A DNA stretch of 64,000 bases from Rotaria socialis. Lineage: Eukaryota. A program made the position numbers and the translations under genes. Positions 51,813-64,000 of the stretch are shown here, one piece after another (the stretch's first letter is position 1; every line of letters begins with the position of its first letter). The stretch spans positions 191,345 through 255,344 of the forward strand of contig CAJNYD010000596.1 of assembly GCA_905331295.1 (NCBI GenBank). The letters are read 5' to 3'. The notes beneath the pieces were generated by a model. That model searched no databases, had not been told where the DNA came from, and saw only the letters and a list, made by a program, of their open reading frames with translations.

Positions 51813-54800
51813 ATGGATCATGTTAACTCAATAACTAACGACAATAGTGTATTTAATCGTCAACCATCGATTTATAATGGTTCCACAACAAATTCTAACT
51901 TCAATGAAGCACTAATTGTCGTATGGTTTCGAACGAATTCTGCAGCTTCAAATGTAGACTTAGAATCGATTGAAAATAAAATTGAAAATAGCGCTGATTT
52001 CTTGAAAAACTATTATTCAGCAGAAGAGTGTAAAAAATATGTTGTTTCTTCTGGCAAAAATATCAAAATATTTTTAATTCTTCCGCAAGACTATCCTCAA
52101 GGTTTTCTTGAAAGTTTACACGATCTACCGGTATTGGAATCGATTTATGTTAATGGTGAAATTGATAAGAACGAAGATCTTAATCGCTACCAAAAAGTAA
52201 TCATTAGTAGTCAGATTTCCTATATCATTTTAAAAAGTCATACACTTTAGATAGTCAAAACCGATACGGATATTGTAAAATTGACAGATGAATTATGTTC
52301 TGAAGTTTACAACTACATTCAACATATACAATTGCCTATGACAATTTTCAAACAGCAATATCAACAAGATCAATCGACCAATGTACTTAATAAATTTGCT
52401 TATTTTGTTGAATTTTGGAATCCTTTATTTATTGATTTGTTATTCGATCTGCCTCAAACAGATTATGATCAGCAAAAATACAAATTTCTTGAACAATGTC
52501 GCATATATTATCGAGCTAACGAAGCTATGCTGAAAAGTATCGATGAATTTAAAGATACTTACAAACCTGAATTTGCAATTCAATGGTATCAAGGAAACGG
52601 ATTTGTATATCGCCTATTGAATAAAGTAATGCGGCAACAAAATATCGAGGGAATTCTTATGTTTCGTTTCTTCATCTTGGATTTATGTAATGCATTGAAA
52701 AAGATTTACCATGAATTCATTCGTTCACGTTTGTATGAAGACGATGAATCTATCACTGTTTACAGAGGACAAAAAATGTTCATCAATGAACTTGGCATAT
52801 TAAACGAAACTTTTAAGCAAGGTTCGTTTATAATATCTATCAATAGTTTTTTCTCAGCCTCTCGAACCAAAAACGTAGCATTGACATTTTCTGGCGTTAT
52901 TGGGTCTAATAAAAAATCCCTGGATTTGCAGCCTGTTCTGTTCGAAATTGAAGTGGAAATCAATCAAAAAATGCAGGGACAAAGAAAACCATTTTCGGAT
53001 ATATGTCATTTGAGTACTGGACCGAAAAAGGATGAAATAGAAGTAATATTCATGGTCGATTCTTTCTTTCGAATTGATAAGATTATTGAAAATCACGAAA
53101 TTGAAACGTCATTCGAAGGCAAACAGGTGAAAGTTGTAGTAACACTGATTAAATTAACATTCATAAATGAAGATGATGTAAATATACCGATAATGCAAGA
53201 TTATCAAATTTTAAAATCAACAAAAACAATCGAAGGTAAATTGATTCGAATTGGAAATTTACTCATCGATCAATCTTTATCTTGTGGATCGTCACGTTCG
53301 AAAGCAGATGCATACTATAGGACCTTTCTCAACGAACCAAAATTTCTCATGACTGCAGCATGTTTGGCAGGTCAAGCCTGGATGGCATTGAAGCAAGAGC
53401 AATACGATTCGGCTATCAAATTAGCACTCGAAGCGTTTTCCATCGTTGATGCATCCAACGTTGAAGTGAAAATAACTATTTTAAATTGCCTTGGTGGAAT
53501 TTATTCAAAATTAAAACAATATCCCACAGCATTGAAGTATTACAAAGAAGCATATAATCTATCGAAACCAACCGATGATAAGATAGCCGCCAACAGCTAT
53601 TCAGGCCCATGCGTTCCTATCGATAAATTTGCCATGTATGACAATTATAGAAACATATCGTCAATCAATATCGCTCGTATTTATCAAATAAATGGAGACA
53701 CTCAGCAGGCATGGAACGTGTACAAAGAAGCCATAGATTGTGAAATGCGCGATACTACGGATTTTCATTGTCATACGTGTATGACAATAGCTGAATCGGG
53801 CACTCATGAAAAGATAAGTAATCCGAAAGAGAAAATTCGCGCATGGGAGAATGAGAAAAAATTTCTCGATCTTGGCCTTGATGATATTCTTAAATATCGT
53901 AGCTCAGCTTTAACGGGCTATTTATCACTCAATTATCAATATGATTTTTCTTCGCGTCGATATAACAATAATTATTGTCGAACGTTGGCAATTAATTATT
54001 TTCGAAAAGTTGAAAAGCAATGTTTACCATATGCAGCAAATCAGGATTATTATCTGTATACTTTACAATGCTATGAACGTCTACCAGAACTATACAGAGA
54101 CCGTGGTAATCAAACCATCGATTATTACGAAAAGATGATTCAATTATGCCTTAAATATCATCCAGATGATTTAGAAAATATTATCATCGGTTACCAAGGT
54201 ATGAGAGAGAGTTACACACGGCAGCAGTCAAGAAGTCCGGAAGAGTACGAAGATATATTAACGAAATTATGTGCTGACGATAATGATCCAATAGTCACAC
54301 CGCTAATAACGCCACCGATCACTCCGTGGAAACCTCCAGTATTTGGAAAACTTTTTCAAAATATAAATCATCTACATTTCGCATTTGATTACTATGACAA
54401 ATGGATAGACTCTCGATTGAACAATGAATCGGATTTACGAAAGAGAATTATCTACTGCAATATGAAATTAGCCGCTTTATATTATGATCACAATAAAGTG
54501 AATGATGCTAAAGACTGTTTAACAAAAACTATTCTATTATGTCAACCGCTCGGTACAGATGCGCATGATATTCGATGCATTTGTAATGAAAATTTGTCCT
54601 TCATCTGCATGAATTTCGATGTCACAATCGAATCCTACAAAAATCGATTAACAGCAATTAAAAACATCGCCGGGGAATGCACTGGCGAAAACAATTATTG
54701 TTACATCGCACACTTATACGAGAAAAAGAATGATTTCAATTTAGCATTGGAATTTTTCCGAAAGCCAATTGAATATTTTGAACAATATGATTATATCTGT

Positions 54801-56513
54801 TCGCACACAATTGAATGCTATAGCAAATTAGCAAAGCATTATCAAATAATCCAAAATGATAAAGAATCCACGGCTGATACATATCAAAGAGCGATTCATC
54901 TTGTCGATCAACATCGGTCATATCCAATGACAACGATTATTTCGATAGTCGAACAAAATTTAATTAATTATTTCAAAAATATCAATGATTTAGACACAAC
55001 TATTCTTATTTATGAAAGACTTTGTGAAACTGTTCAACACGAAACGAGCGATATTACGGTATTATATAAACATTTGAAACAAATTTTAAAACTATTAGTT
55101 GATAAGCATGATGCACTCGCTGCAGTTGTTGACACGTACGAAAATTTTCTAAATTTAACTTTACAAATAATTAGTCCATTAACTTCGCAAATGACTATGG
55201 TATTAAGTCATTTTCGAGATCAGTTTATTGCTGAATGCAAAAAACGCCATTGCTTACGTTTAGTAATTCAAATATATCAAAAATTAATTTTGCTTCTTTT
55301 TCAACATCAATATGATACAATGAAAATCATTGATGAATATGAAATAATAGCAGCTAAGTTAAATGTAAAGCATTTGTTAGAAGATGCAGTGATAGGATAT
55401 GAAAATCTACTAGAGTTCGTTTGTCTTCATCATACGACTGGTTATTTCATTGAAGATGATAAAATTGCTTTTGTTTTTTGTATCTGGAAAGACGAAATAA
55501 TTAAAAAATATTTATCGGAAGACAAGTTCGATTCAGCCATTAATTTACATTACAAAATGATTCGTTTTCTAGAGCAATACCGATTAAATATCAATACGGA
55601 GTATGATTTCCGTGAATTCACACAACGCATATTACAGAATTATGACGATATAGCTATAATCTATCAAATGAAAAAAAATGATTTCGATCAAACTATGAAT
55701 ATTTACCAAGAGCAGATTGAATTCATGGCGAAGTATCAACTAGGAACTATTCAAAGCTTTATTAACACAATCATTCTCAATTGTCAACAATTTGCTGCAG
55801 CTCATCAGGAACAAGCTCTAGAAGTATACTTGAAACTTGCTAATTTCATTCAAAAGAATCGTCTAGAGTATTTATCTCATTTATCGCTTGCCTGCCAAGA
55901 ATTCAATCGATTAAAACTCGTTAGTGATAAAAATCAGCAGTATCTAGATTCAAGTGATGATGTTACCAATGGGAATGATTTGCCAAATTCATGGCGAATT
56001 GTTGATCTTAAACAGCGTGTTTTTGACTATAAAGAAAAGACTAACTATTATTTCAATAATAATGAATTAGATAAGGCAATTAAAGTTTATCGAACTGAAT
56101 TGTTACCATTTCTTTTAGAAAATCATGGCCGAGATGATGAGCAAATGGCTACATGTTACAAGCAAATAGCAACATTATACTACGGAGAAAATGAAAAGGA
56201 TGCTCGAATGGCGCTGAATTATTATCAAAAAGCTATTGATATATATGAAACACAAGAAGACAATTTCTATACAGAACATGTCTTTGAATTAAATACGAAT
56301 ATTTGTCGTCGTTACGCAGGAATACTTTTTACTTGTTATAATTTCATGAAAACAATTTTTATCCTTTTAAATGATGAAAATTCGTCGAAGATTTGCCAAC
56401 AAAAAGGAATTGATATCTATGAGAAACATAAGGATCAATTTCAGTTTTACGGTAATCTTCTAACGAACACAGTTACAGTTGAAATACGTCCTTTTGTTGA
56501 ACTAAATTATTGA
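51813..56513 (+). CDS. Giant (~1550 aa) receiver-like + ART + long divergent TPR/helical solenoid protein, 2 exons
   Basis: Exon 1 (IVVWF..., IFLILP, LESIYV) is joined by GT-AG intron 52197-52250 in frame to the 1410-aa ORF. Motifs WY..NGFVYRLLN, VYRGQ, FFSAS and DEIEVIF, with TPR-like helices to the C-terminus. Confidence 0.88.
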
Positions 56514-56759
56514 TGTCGACTTGTTTAATAAATGTCTAATCAAAATATTGAAATTTATTCTATATGATCACTTGACGGACTCTTTTATAATATCTCTGGC
56601 ATTGCCTAACCAAATATTCATCTAATATTATAAGTGCTAGATCGTACGGATATTTTTCCAAAACATTACAATTATAAATAGTATATTTTATTTCTAGAAT
56701 AAATATCATACAAAGCAATTCCATATTAGAAGACCAACATGTGTGCTGATGTTGATATT

Positions 56760-57128
56760 TTATGATTCTGCTGCCTCCTGTTCACTGAAACATGGTTCAC
56801 CATCATCATCCTTTATCGCTGTTGGCATTATTGTGCGTTCAGGATTTAAATCTGGTGATTGCATTTTACCATATTTGATATCTCTAGCTGTCATATACAT
56901 ATGCCATCTATCTGCATCGTGGTACCAAACGGTTTGATCCATTTTAACAGCAAATAATTGTGGTCCTTGTGCACTGATTGTTTTATAATACTTTGCGCCT
57001 GGTAACCCCTCTCCTCGTCTATTGAACTCAAGCTTTAGATCGAACCATGTACGTTCAATACCTGTAGCTATTTTAGGACAACAATCTTTTACAGCAATAT
57101 ACGAATATGTGCAGGTGTCGTCCGTCAT
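56760..57128 (-). CDS. Hypothetical protein (orphan; may be the last exon of a longer gene)
   Basis: 122-aa ORF with protein-like composition, convergent on the large ART gene. No family recognised. Confidence 0.5.
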   Translation of the reverse strand: MTDDTCTYSYIAVKDCCPKIATGIERTWFDLKLEFNRRGEGLPGAKYYKTISAQGPQLFAVKMDQTVWYHDADRWHMYMTARDIKYGKMQSPDLNPERTIMPTAIKDDDGEPCFSEQEAAES

Positions 57129-58859
57129 GATAGAGATGAAGGAGTAAATAGTTGTAAATGACGTTATTATAAATGTTCTGCAGTGTTAAACAAATTTTTC
57201 TCTTGCCGTTCTTTTACTTTTCTTCCTACTGCTATAGGAAGGAAAAATGTATTTCTAAGTTGGTAAAAAAACAACTTATAAGAAACTAACGTCAGTATGA
57301 GCTTCTGATATAAAATTTACTTTCCAACCGCTTGATATTTTCCTGGAGGGAAACTGATGTTAAGTTATGGAAGCGTGTACGATATGTGGTTGTGACTCGT
57401 GTCGTTGCACGCACCCGTATTCAAAATGTATAGTCTAGCATCAAGGTCGATATGTTCTATTCTGATATCTGTTATAACATTGTCTCTATATACATTATCA
57501 TGATGGTTTATTTGAAAAAGAAAGATATGACTGTTTGTATACGTAGAGGGAACCCTATAATTCATTCATATATTCTCAGGTGTTATTATCGAGAGAAAAG
57601 TTTCATCTCGATTTTTGAAATCAGATGACACATCCCACTGCCGATGCAAAATTATGTGTTTATATTCAATCATCACACGCATTCATCATGCGAAAGTTAC
57701 GTTTAAGTATCAATTAATACTGGAGCTCGTAATTACTTTGTCGATGAAACTTTCAGCCACTTTCTGAGCCACGTTAAATCCAGGAAAGTTGTATTGAGCT
57801 CCCTTCGTATACCATTCGACAATACTTTGTGTGCTGATACATTGATAATCAAGGAAGAATTGGAACACAGTTGCTATTGTTTGAGCTATATTTCAAGCGA
57901 ATTATTTCATCATAAATGCCTTTTTTTCTACCTGAATCGTTTTTATTGCAGCGATTATTCACAAAAATTTGCACAGCAAACACAACCGTCAGTTTTTCAT
58001 CATCGTTGGTAATAATTTTCTTAAATACTGAGAGACGCTGAAGTATAATATGAACACTAGGCGAAGATTTGTTCTTATACCATGCTTCGAGAAATGACAG
58101 CACACTTCTTCTCAGGTCTGTACAAATTTTCTTTCCATGGAAATATGGAGCTAACTAAATCAGAAGAAAAATGAAAAGAATGATAGGAATGTTACAAGAA
58201 ACTGGATTAGTTTTGTTGGCGAGAAAGTGTCATCACTGTCTTTTAGAATCTAGATTGAAGCCGAGGGATTATCTTCTGTCAGACTGATTAAGGATATAGG
58301 CGAAGCGAGCGATCTCAACTGCGCTTCGATCACATGTATAATTCGAGATAGCCGACTAATAGAATGGGTCTAGATATACATAGAACTCACGCACAGCAAT
58401 GCGTTATGTGCGTATATTAAAATACAACAAATCGGAAAATTCTCATTGGATAAAGCTCTTCGTATGATACTACAGTTGGAATTTTATTTCTCGAGTAGTT
58501 TTTCTTTTATATCAGTCCAACAAGAAAATGATCTGGTTCGACTGTATTCGACTTACATTAGTAAATTATATCCAGATCACAATAAACTCTTTGACATCTT
58601 ACTTTAAGATAATCTTCGAGACGTTTATCACCGGCAGCAGAAACATCTTGAAAACGAGTGACCATCTGTTTGAAAGGTTTGTATTGGATTTGTTTCACGA
58701 TCTGAGTCTGCATTGTTACGGTTGCTGAAAGTGGCATGTTCTGTGGCGGTAACTCACGAACGGCTACAATAAAAGTAACGGAAAACAATCTACTGTTGTC
58801 GATTATATAAGAGTACTGATTCTAGTGGATATGAGATGATGAAATCCCAGCTCTACGTT

Positions 58860-59702
58860 CTACGATATACTCGTACTTTTTTTATTCTTTTCGCGCTCAT
58901 TGGATGCTGATAATATACCAGCTGTTGGTTGTGTTTGCAAAGTCGTTACACTAGTTGCATTATCAGCACTAGAACTATTCAATATAATTTGTTGAAGTCT
59001 TTTATGATCATTTTCCATTCGTATTTTCCATGGTATGGGTTCATCAGACTCAGAACCGACATGCAATGATGTAGACGTTGTATTGTCAGATTCAACTTTC
59101 AGTAGCACTGGGGAAGACTGAACATTTTTATTTTTAGTCTTGGGTAAGACTGGTTGTGTTTCCTTTTTATTCTGAGCTAATTTAATCTTGATCGGTACAG
59201 AAAAGGGCAGCTTTTTTGGCCATTGAAGTTTTTGCATGTTGTTTCTCACATTTTCCAATACTAATTGAAGGTCAACAAGAGCTTGTGAAGTGCATATGGG
59301 TTGTGTTCTCAAAGTTTTCAGCTTTTGTTGTACTTCAATCGATAACTGTGTAGTAAGTTCTTTTCTCACTTTATCCAAGCGTTTTCGTTCGGACTGAATC
59401 GATTTTATCATTGAAGAATATTCTTTCTCGATTTTTTCGAGTGCTACTGTTTTCCATGCGTGACATTCAGCTTCAGCACTTGTGCATCCTTCGTCTACAG
59501 ACTGTGAAGCGATCGCAAGCGAGTCGGCAAGTTCGTCAGCTTTCTTCCTGAGTTCAACAGTGCTTTTTTTTAACAATGAACATCCATGTTCAAAGACATG
59601 AGAAATACAAAGACGCTTTTCACAATGTAAACAAATGGCTGCTTGTATACTTTCACAAGTTTCTTCTTCACACACCACTGTACTGAGGTTTATTGTCCGC
59701 AT
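58860..59702 (-). CDS. B-box-like Zn finger + coiled-coil protein (first exon; may continue toward ~57.3 kb)
   Basis: CEEETC...ICLHCEKRLCISHVFEH followed by heptad-rich helix. Same N-terminal type as the gene at 2660-4166. Confidence 0.7.
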   Translation of the reverse strand: MRTINLSTVVCEEETCESIQAAICLHCEKRLCISHVFEHGCSLLKKSTVELRKKADELADSLAIASQSVDEGCTSAEAECHAWKTVALEKIEKEYSSMIKSIQSERKRLDKVRKELTTQLSIEVQQKLKTLRTQPICTSQALVDLQLVLENVRNNMQKLQWPKKLPFSVPIKIKLAQNKKETQPVLPKTKNKNVQSSPVLLKVESDNTTSTSLHVGSESDEPIPWKIRMENDHKRLQQIILNSSSADNATSVTTLQTQPTAGILSASNEREKNKKSTSIS

Positions 59703-60137
59703 GATAATTTCACCTTTAGAAAGAAAGAAAGTATTTCAGTATTTGTCAATTGAATGTTGTTTGTGATAAGACTCTCTTTTTTTTTGATTACTTTCTTTTC
59801 GTCCAGAACAGACAACCTCTATTTCGTAACAAAAATCCACCGAATCAGATTGTTTTTCTTGTTATGCTATCGCCATCTGAATATGACAGATACTTCACCT
59901 TGTAACTATTACAGCCCACACATACATTAGATTTATCTGACAAGTAACAAAATGCCGTCTGCTCATTTTTCGGAGTTTTTCCTATGTTTCAGCTCGTAAA
60001 GTGTAAGCGCATGTGGCGCCATCGATGTTACATGCATACGCTAGTTTCGTCTGCGTGCGTATTGTGTATTAGTGTCTTAATTAGAGCTCACAATCATACA
60101 ATTAACAAACTCATGTTATATAATGAAGTTCATTATA

Positions 60138-60483
60138 CCCAGGTGAATCAATCCGATACCGAATCCCATCGGATTCTATGGGGTCCTACCATCCAACGAA
60201 ATCCTGTTGGATTCCAGGTTGAAGAATCAATGTCGGATCCGATAGTCGTATTTCCAATGATATCCGATTGTCGGAACCAATGAAATCCGAAGCATTCCGA
60301 TTCCGATTGACGGTTATTGTCGGATTTTATTAGTTTCCGATATTAGAATCCGATATCGATTCCGGAACCAGGAATCCGACGATAATCCGATAGTTTCCTT
60401 GCGCCTTCCGAAGAGCTCCATCGGATTCCAATAGGAACCGATTGTAACTCATCGGATCCTAGACTAGGATTCATTCTCCTGGG
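60138..60483. mobile_element. MITE with atccga/tcggat arrays
   Basis: Termini cccaggtgaat / attctcctggg, with dense ccgat/atcgg motifs in both orientations. Confidence 0.75.
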
Positions 60484-60589
60484 ATAGTTCAAAATTTAAT
60501 ATTATTTTATTTGAAATTAAAAAAAAAACGAATGAATCTAAAGAAACTATTAAAAGAAAAATAGTTCAAAGAGATGCCGATAATAAATT

Positions 60590-63500
60590 TTATCGCACTG
60601 TCATCATTCTTTGTCGCTCGACAATATCAGCAATGACAATTTCTTTCTTCGCCTGCACGGTTCCATCGCCGACATACGGTACAGATTCTGGATGATCCAT
60701 ATGGTATTGTCGTTGTGCTTTTGTTTTTGTCCAACGATCCTGAAGATCAATTAATTTCCATTGTTTAACACGACCGTCGGCAGTTCGACCAAATCTTGGA
60801 TCGCTATCTTTCATTGATAAATAACTTTCATCGAGACTTAGTCGTGAATCTTGCATCGATGGTATATTTTCATGAAAAGCTAAATCTTTATAGGATTGTT
60901 GATAAGTTGAATGTTTTGCTAATTTTGGATCAACAAAACGTGCAACTATTTCTGGGCCAGGAAGACGTACTGGCGTTTTAACTTCACGTGAAAGTGGATC
61001 TGCTACTTGTAGATAGGGTGCAATGGATGTTTGTTTTTTCTCATAAAATTTATAGGCAAGCATATCACCTTTATTTTTAAACGGTGAATCATAAATACGA
61101 TTCTCTGATCGTCGAGAATAACCATTTGTATGTTCAGTTATATGGTTTGTCGCATATAATTCATCGTACGGTGATGGATGCAGAAGTGGACCAACAGTAA
61201 TATCATTTGATTTTTCTTTATTATTATTATTATTATTGTTATGATCATTAGTGTCAAGTGATAGACTACGCGTTGCTTTCATAGGATAACTATTCATGCT
61301 TCGTGCTCGTTCAATATTCGTATTATATCGTGTACTCATTAAACTAGTTGGATCAGAACGTGCGTCAGAAGACAAAATATTTTCTTGAAGAAACTTTCGC
61401 GTATTATACGAGTCACCATAGGTTGATTCGCGTTGAATAAATGGTGGATTACCTTCTTGAATACGAGTATTCACAGTATTGGCATCTTGTGGAACACGGC
61501 ATTTATTGAGAAGACGACTCTGAAAAGAAGAATAATCATGCTTTGTTTTTTGTCATTAATTAAATTATCTAAACAAACCCGCATTTGTTGATAATCTTGA
61601 AAAGTTTTATATTGAAATAAATTTGGTTTTGATTTGTCTTGTGTTTGTTCACCGTAGTCTAATAGATCACCAAGATGATTGTCGTCTTTTAATAAGTGAT
61701 CATTTTCTTGTTCGTTATTTTCTGATTTTTCAATATCCGGTATTGCTTGTACTAATGCATTGGGATCATAGGTTACTGTTTGATAGAGACCGGACCTTTC
61801 TTGAACATATGTACCAAGTTGATCATACAAGGTATTAACGTATGGATCTCTATATTGTGGTAATATGGGTCGACCATGGCGTGGAGATTGAAGAACACGA
61901 AATTTAAGATTAAGTAACTTAAGATTATCTTCTGGTCGAATAAGTTCTAATTGTTTAAGGCGATTTTCAGCTTCCATTTGTTGATTGCTTGCTTGCCGGT
62001 CACGCGCTATTTGTGGAACTCCTGAAGATGGCCGAAGATGATGAAGATAACGAATTTCAGATTGTGGTTCGTTATTATTAGTATTGGAATTTTCGGATCG
62101 AGCTGAAATGAAAATGATAGAATATAGTAGGAGAAGATAAACAAAAGGGCACATCTTTGTTTTCTTAAATCCTGAATAAGAGCAGACTAGAAATATGTGG
62201 AACTATATTTTTTTCGGTCCCGATACGATGATTTTAGATTATTCTATTGTCTGTGCCTATTTAGAGAAAATTGTAATTCAGGTCTACTTCATTGTACTCC
62301 AGAGTACGGAGGTATCGACCATAAGACCAGGGCTGGTTTTACATGTGTTACATATTATTTATTGGTAATTAGTCCTTCTTAACTTACGAATCCATGTTGG
62401 TGCTCGTTCTTTTGGAAACATATGAGCCGGTAAGTTTACATAATCAGTTCCGTTTCGCAATTGATCATCAAATTTTTCAGTTTCACTCATTAGGCTAAAG
62501 CACAAAAATTCCATAACGATAAATCTTTGATATATTTATGTTTACTGTATTGTTTCTGTTGATCCGTATTGTGGTAATGCTTTCTGTTTTTCTAATGCAC
62601 TTGGTATGCGATGATTTCCATGAATTTGAGCAGCTTGTACGCCATCAATAGGTCTTGCTGGATCAAGTGTTTTTTTGAAATGTGGTTTCTATTTTAAATT
62701 ATATCAAAACTCATATTATTTTTTCTTTTGTGTTAATTTAAATAAAAACAAATATTACTAAATATTCCGTTGGCTGAAGTTGTGCTGTTGTATCAAATAC
62801 AACATGTGTACCAATACCTTCACCATAGGTAAAATCATTTTGATACGATGTTTCAAATGAAGCTCTTTCTTTATTTTTAACTATATGTGAGCCAGAATTT
62901 TCACAAGCACTATCATCATTTGGTACGAACATTTTTCTTGGCCAAGGATATATCGGGGATGAACTAACATCGCTTGATGAACGAGGTAACTAATAAAATC
63001 ATAAGTAAAATATTTGATCGGGATCTTTATTATTATTTCAAATTACCTGCATATATTGTTTATCCGGCCATTTTGAAGTTTGATATCGTTCTCGTTGTAG
63101 TCCTTGATAATGCACTTCACGACGAAATGGATTACCTCGATGAAGTAAAAGCAATATTGACATATAGAACTCGTTGAAGTGAATACGAGAAAGAGAACGC
63201 AAGATAATGTCTTACCACGAACTTTTTGTGGCACCATATACGGATCCATGCTTGTCGAAGGATGATCATCAAAATTAGCACTTGAATTAGGAAATAGTGC
63301 TTTTTCGCTAATATGTGATGAAAACGGATGATTGGCTGGAAATTGCAATGGTATTTGGTGAGGCGTTACATCAACTGTTTGTGGTGCAGGTATTCTAGAG
63401 TATTACATAAAATTATAAATTGAGATTTAGGCGAGAGAGAGAGAGAGAGAGAGAAGACAACGATAGACCTACAATTCATCATTGATTCGAACATTGCTCA

Positions 63501-63742
63501 ATGTAATATCAGTATTTCGATAATTTTGCTCGATTGGTTCACCTCTACAATTATTGTTTTAGAGTCGTGCTGTTTTTTTGCTGTCGAAATTCTTACTTGT
63601 AAAGATATGTTCCTGCTGGATGAGTGTGACTTGGATCACTAGCCAATCGATTGCGTTTCTTAGCAGTACCCCAATCCACGCCCGGCTTGACGAAATCATC
63701 TGCTGGTACTGGCTCAGAATTAAACAATACTAAACTTGTCAT
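60590..63742 (-). CDS. C7orf31/SPMIP4-like (ciliary/sperm microtubule inner protein family) multi-exon gene
   Basis: Ordered motifs FPANHPFSSHISEKALFP, PRKMFVPN, KNKERASFETSYQNDFT, PARPIDG and C-terminal LIDLQDRWTKTKAQRQYH parallel human C7orf31 as I recall it (YPIEHPYHTHI, PKTFAPN, RNLERSHWLTSYTHDFT, PPRPLEG, LLELKNSFSKTGAQKRFH). ATG at 63742. Confidence 0.7.
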
Positions 63743-64000
63743 TGTAAAGAAACACACATTCGAAACAGAAACTGTTGCTTTAATGTTAACTTTTATTGTT
63801 TGAATATAAAAACAGAACTACAACGTTTCCATTACAACAGTAAATGGCGATGTTAAATAACAATTGGATTAGTTAATAGCGAGAAAAATAATAAGAAGAA
63901 TAGAAGAAGAAAAAGAATTCTTTTAAAATAGATTGATTTTTGCTAAACAATTAGTAGAATATTTTTTTTGTAGAACGCTCGAAGAGAAACATGATTTGTT

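Overview
AT-rich, gene-dense animal genomic DNA with short (mostly about 50-60 nt) GT-AG introns. The gene content (expanded ADP-ribosyltransferase-TPR genes, B-box/coiled-coil orphans, many MITE-like elements) points to a bdelloid rotifer; this is inferred, not proven. Conserved genes reconstructed by hand: UBE2W, S-formylglutathione hydrolase (ESD), RNF216/TRIAD3-like RBR ligase, a DnaJ-domain protein, a secreted S1 serine protease, a PKI-like PKA inhibitor, a coilin-N-domain protein, an MSL1/PEHE-like protein and a C7orf31/SPMIP4-like protein. There is also an intron-containing NBEAL1/2 pseudogene fragment and about ten non-autonomous TIR elements, three with perfect 8-bp target-site duplications. 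The most notable region is 42-56.5 kb. It starts with a small intronless ORF resembling the bacterial Tlde1/DUF2778 (YkuD L,D-transpeptidase fold) anti-peptidoglycan T6SS effector. Three co-oriented genes follow, each encoding receiver-like domain + toxin-type (R-S-E) ADP-ribosyltransferase + TPR; a fourth such gene lies at 21.6 kb. Together this may be a horizontally derived antimicrobial/innate-defence cluster. One N at 44309 marks an assembly join that affects the first tandem ART copy. All homology calls are from motif recognition and no database search was run.
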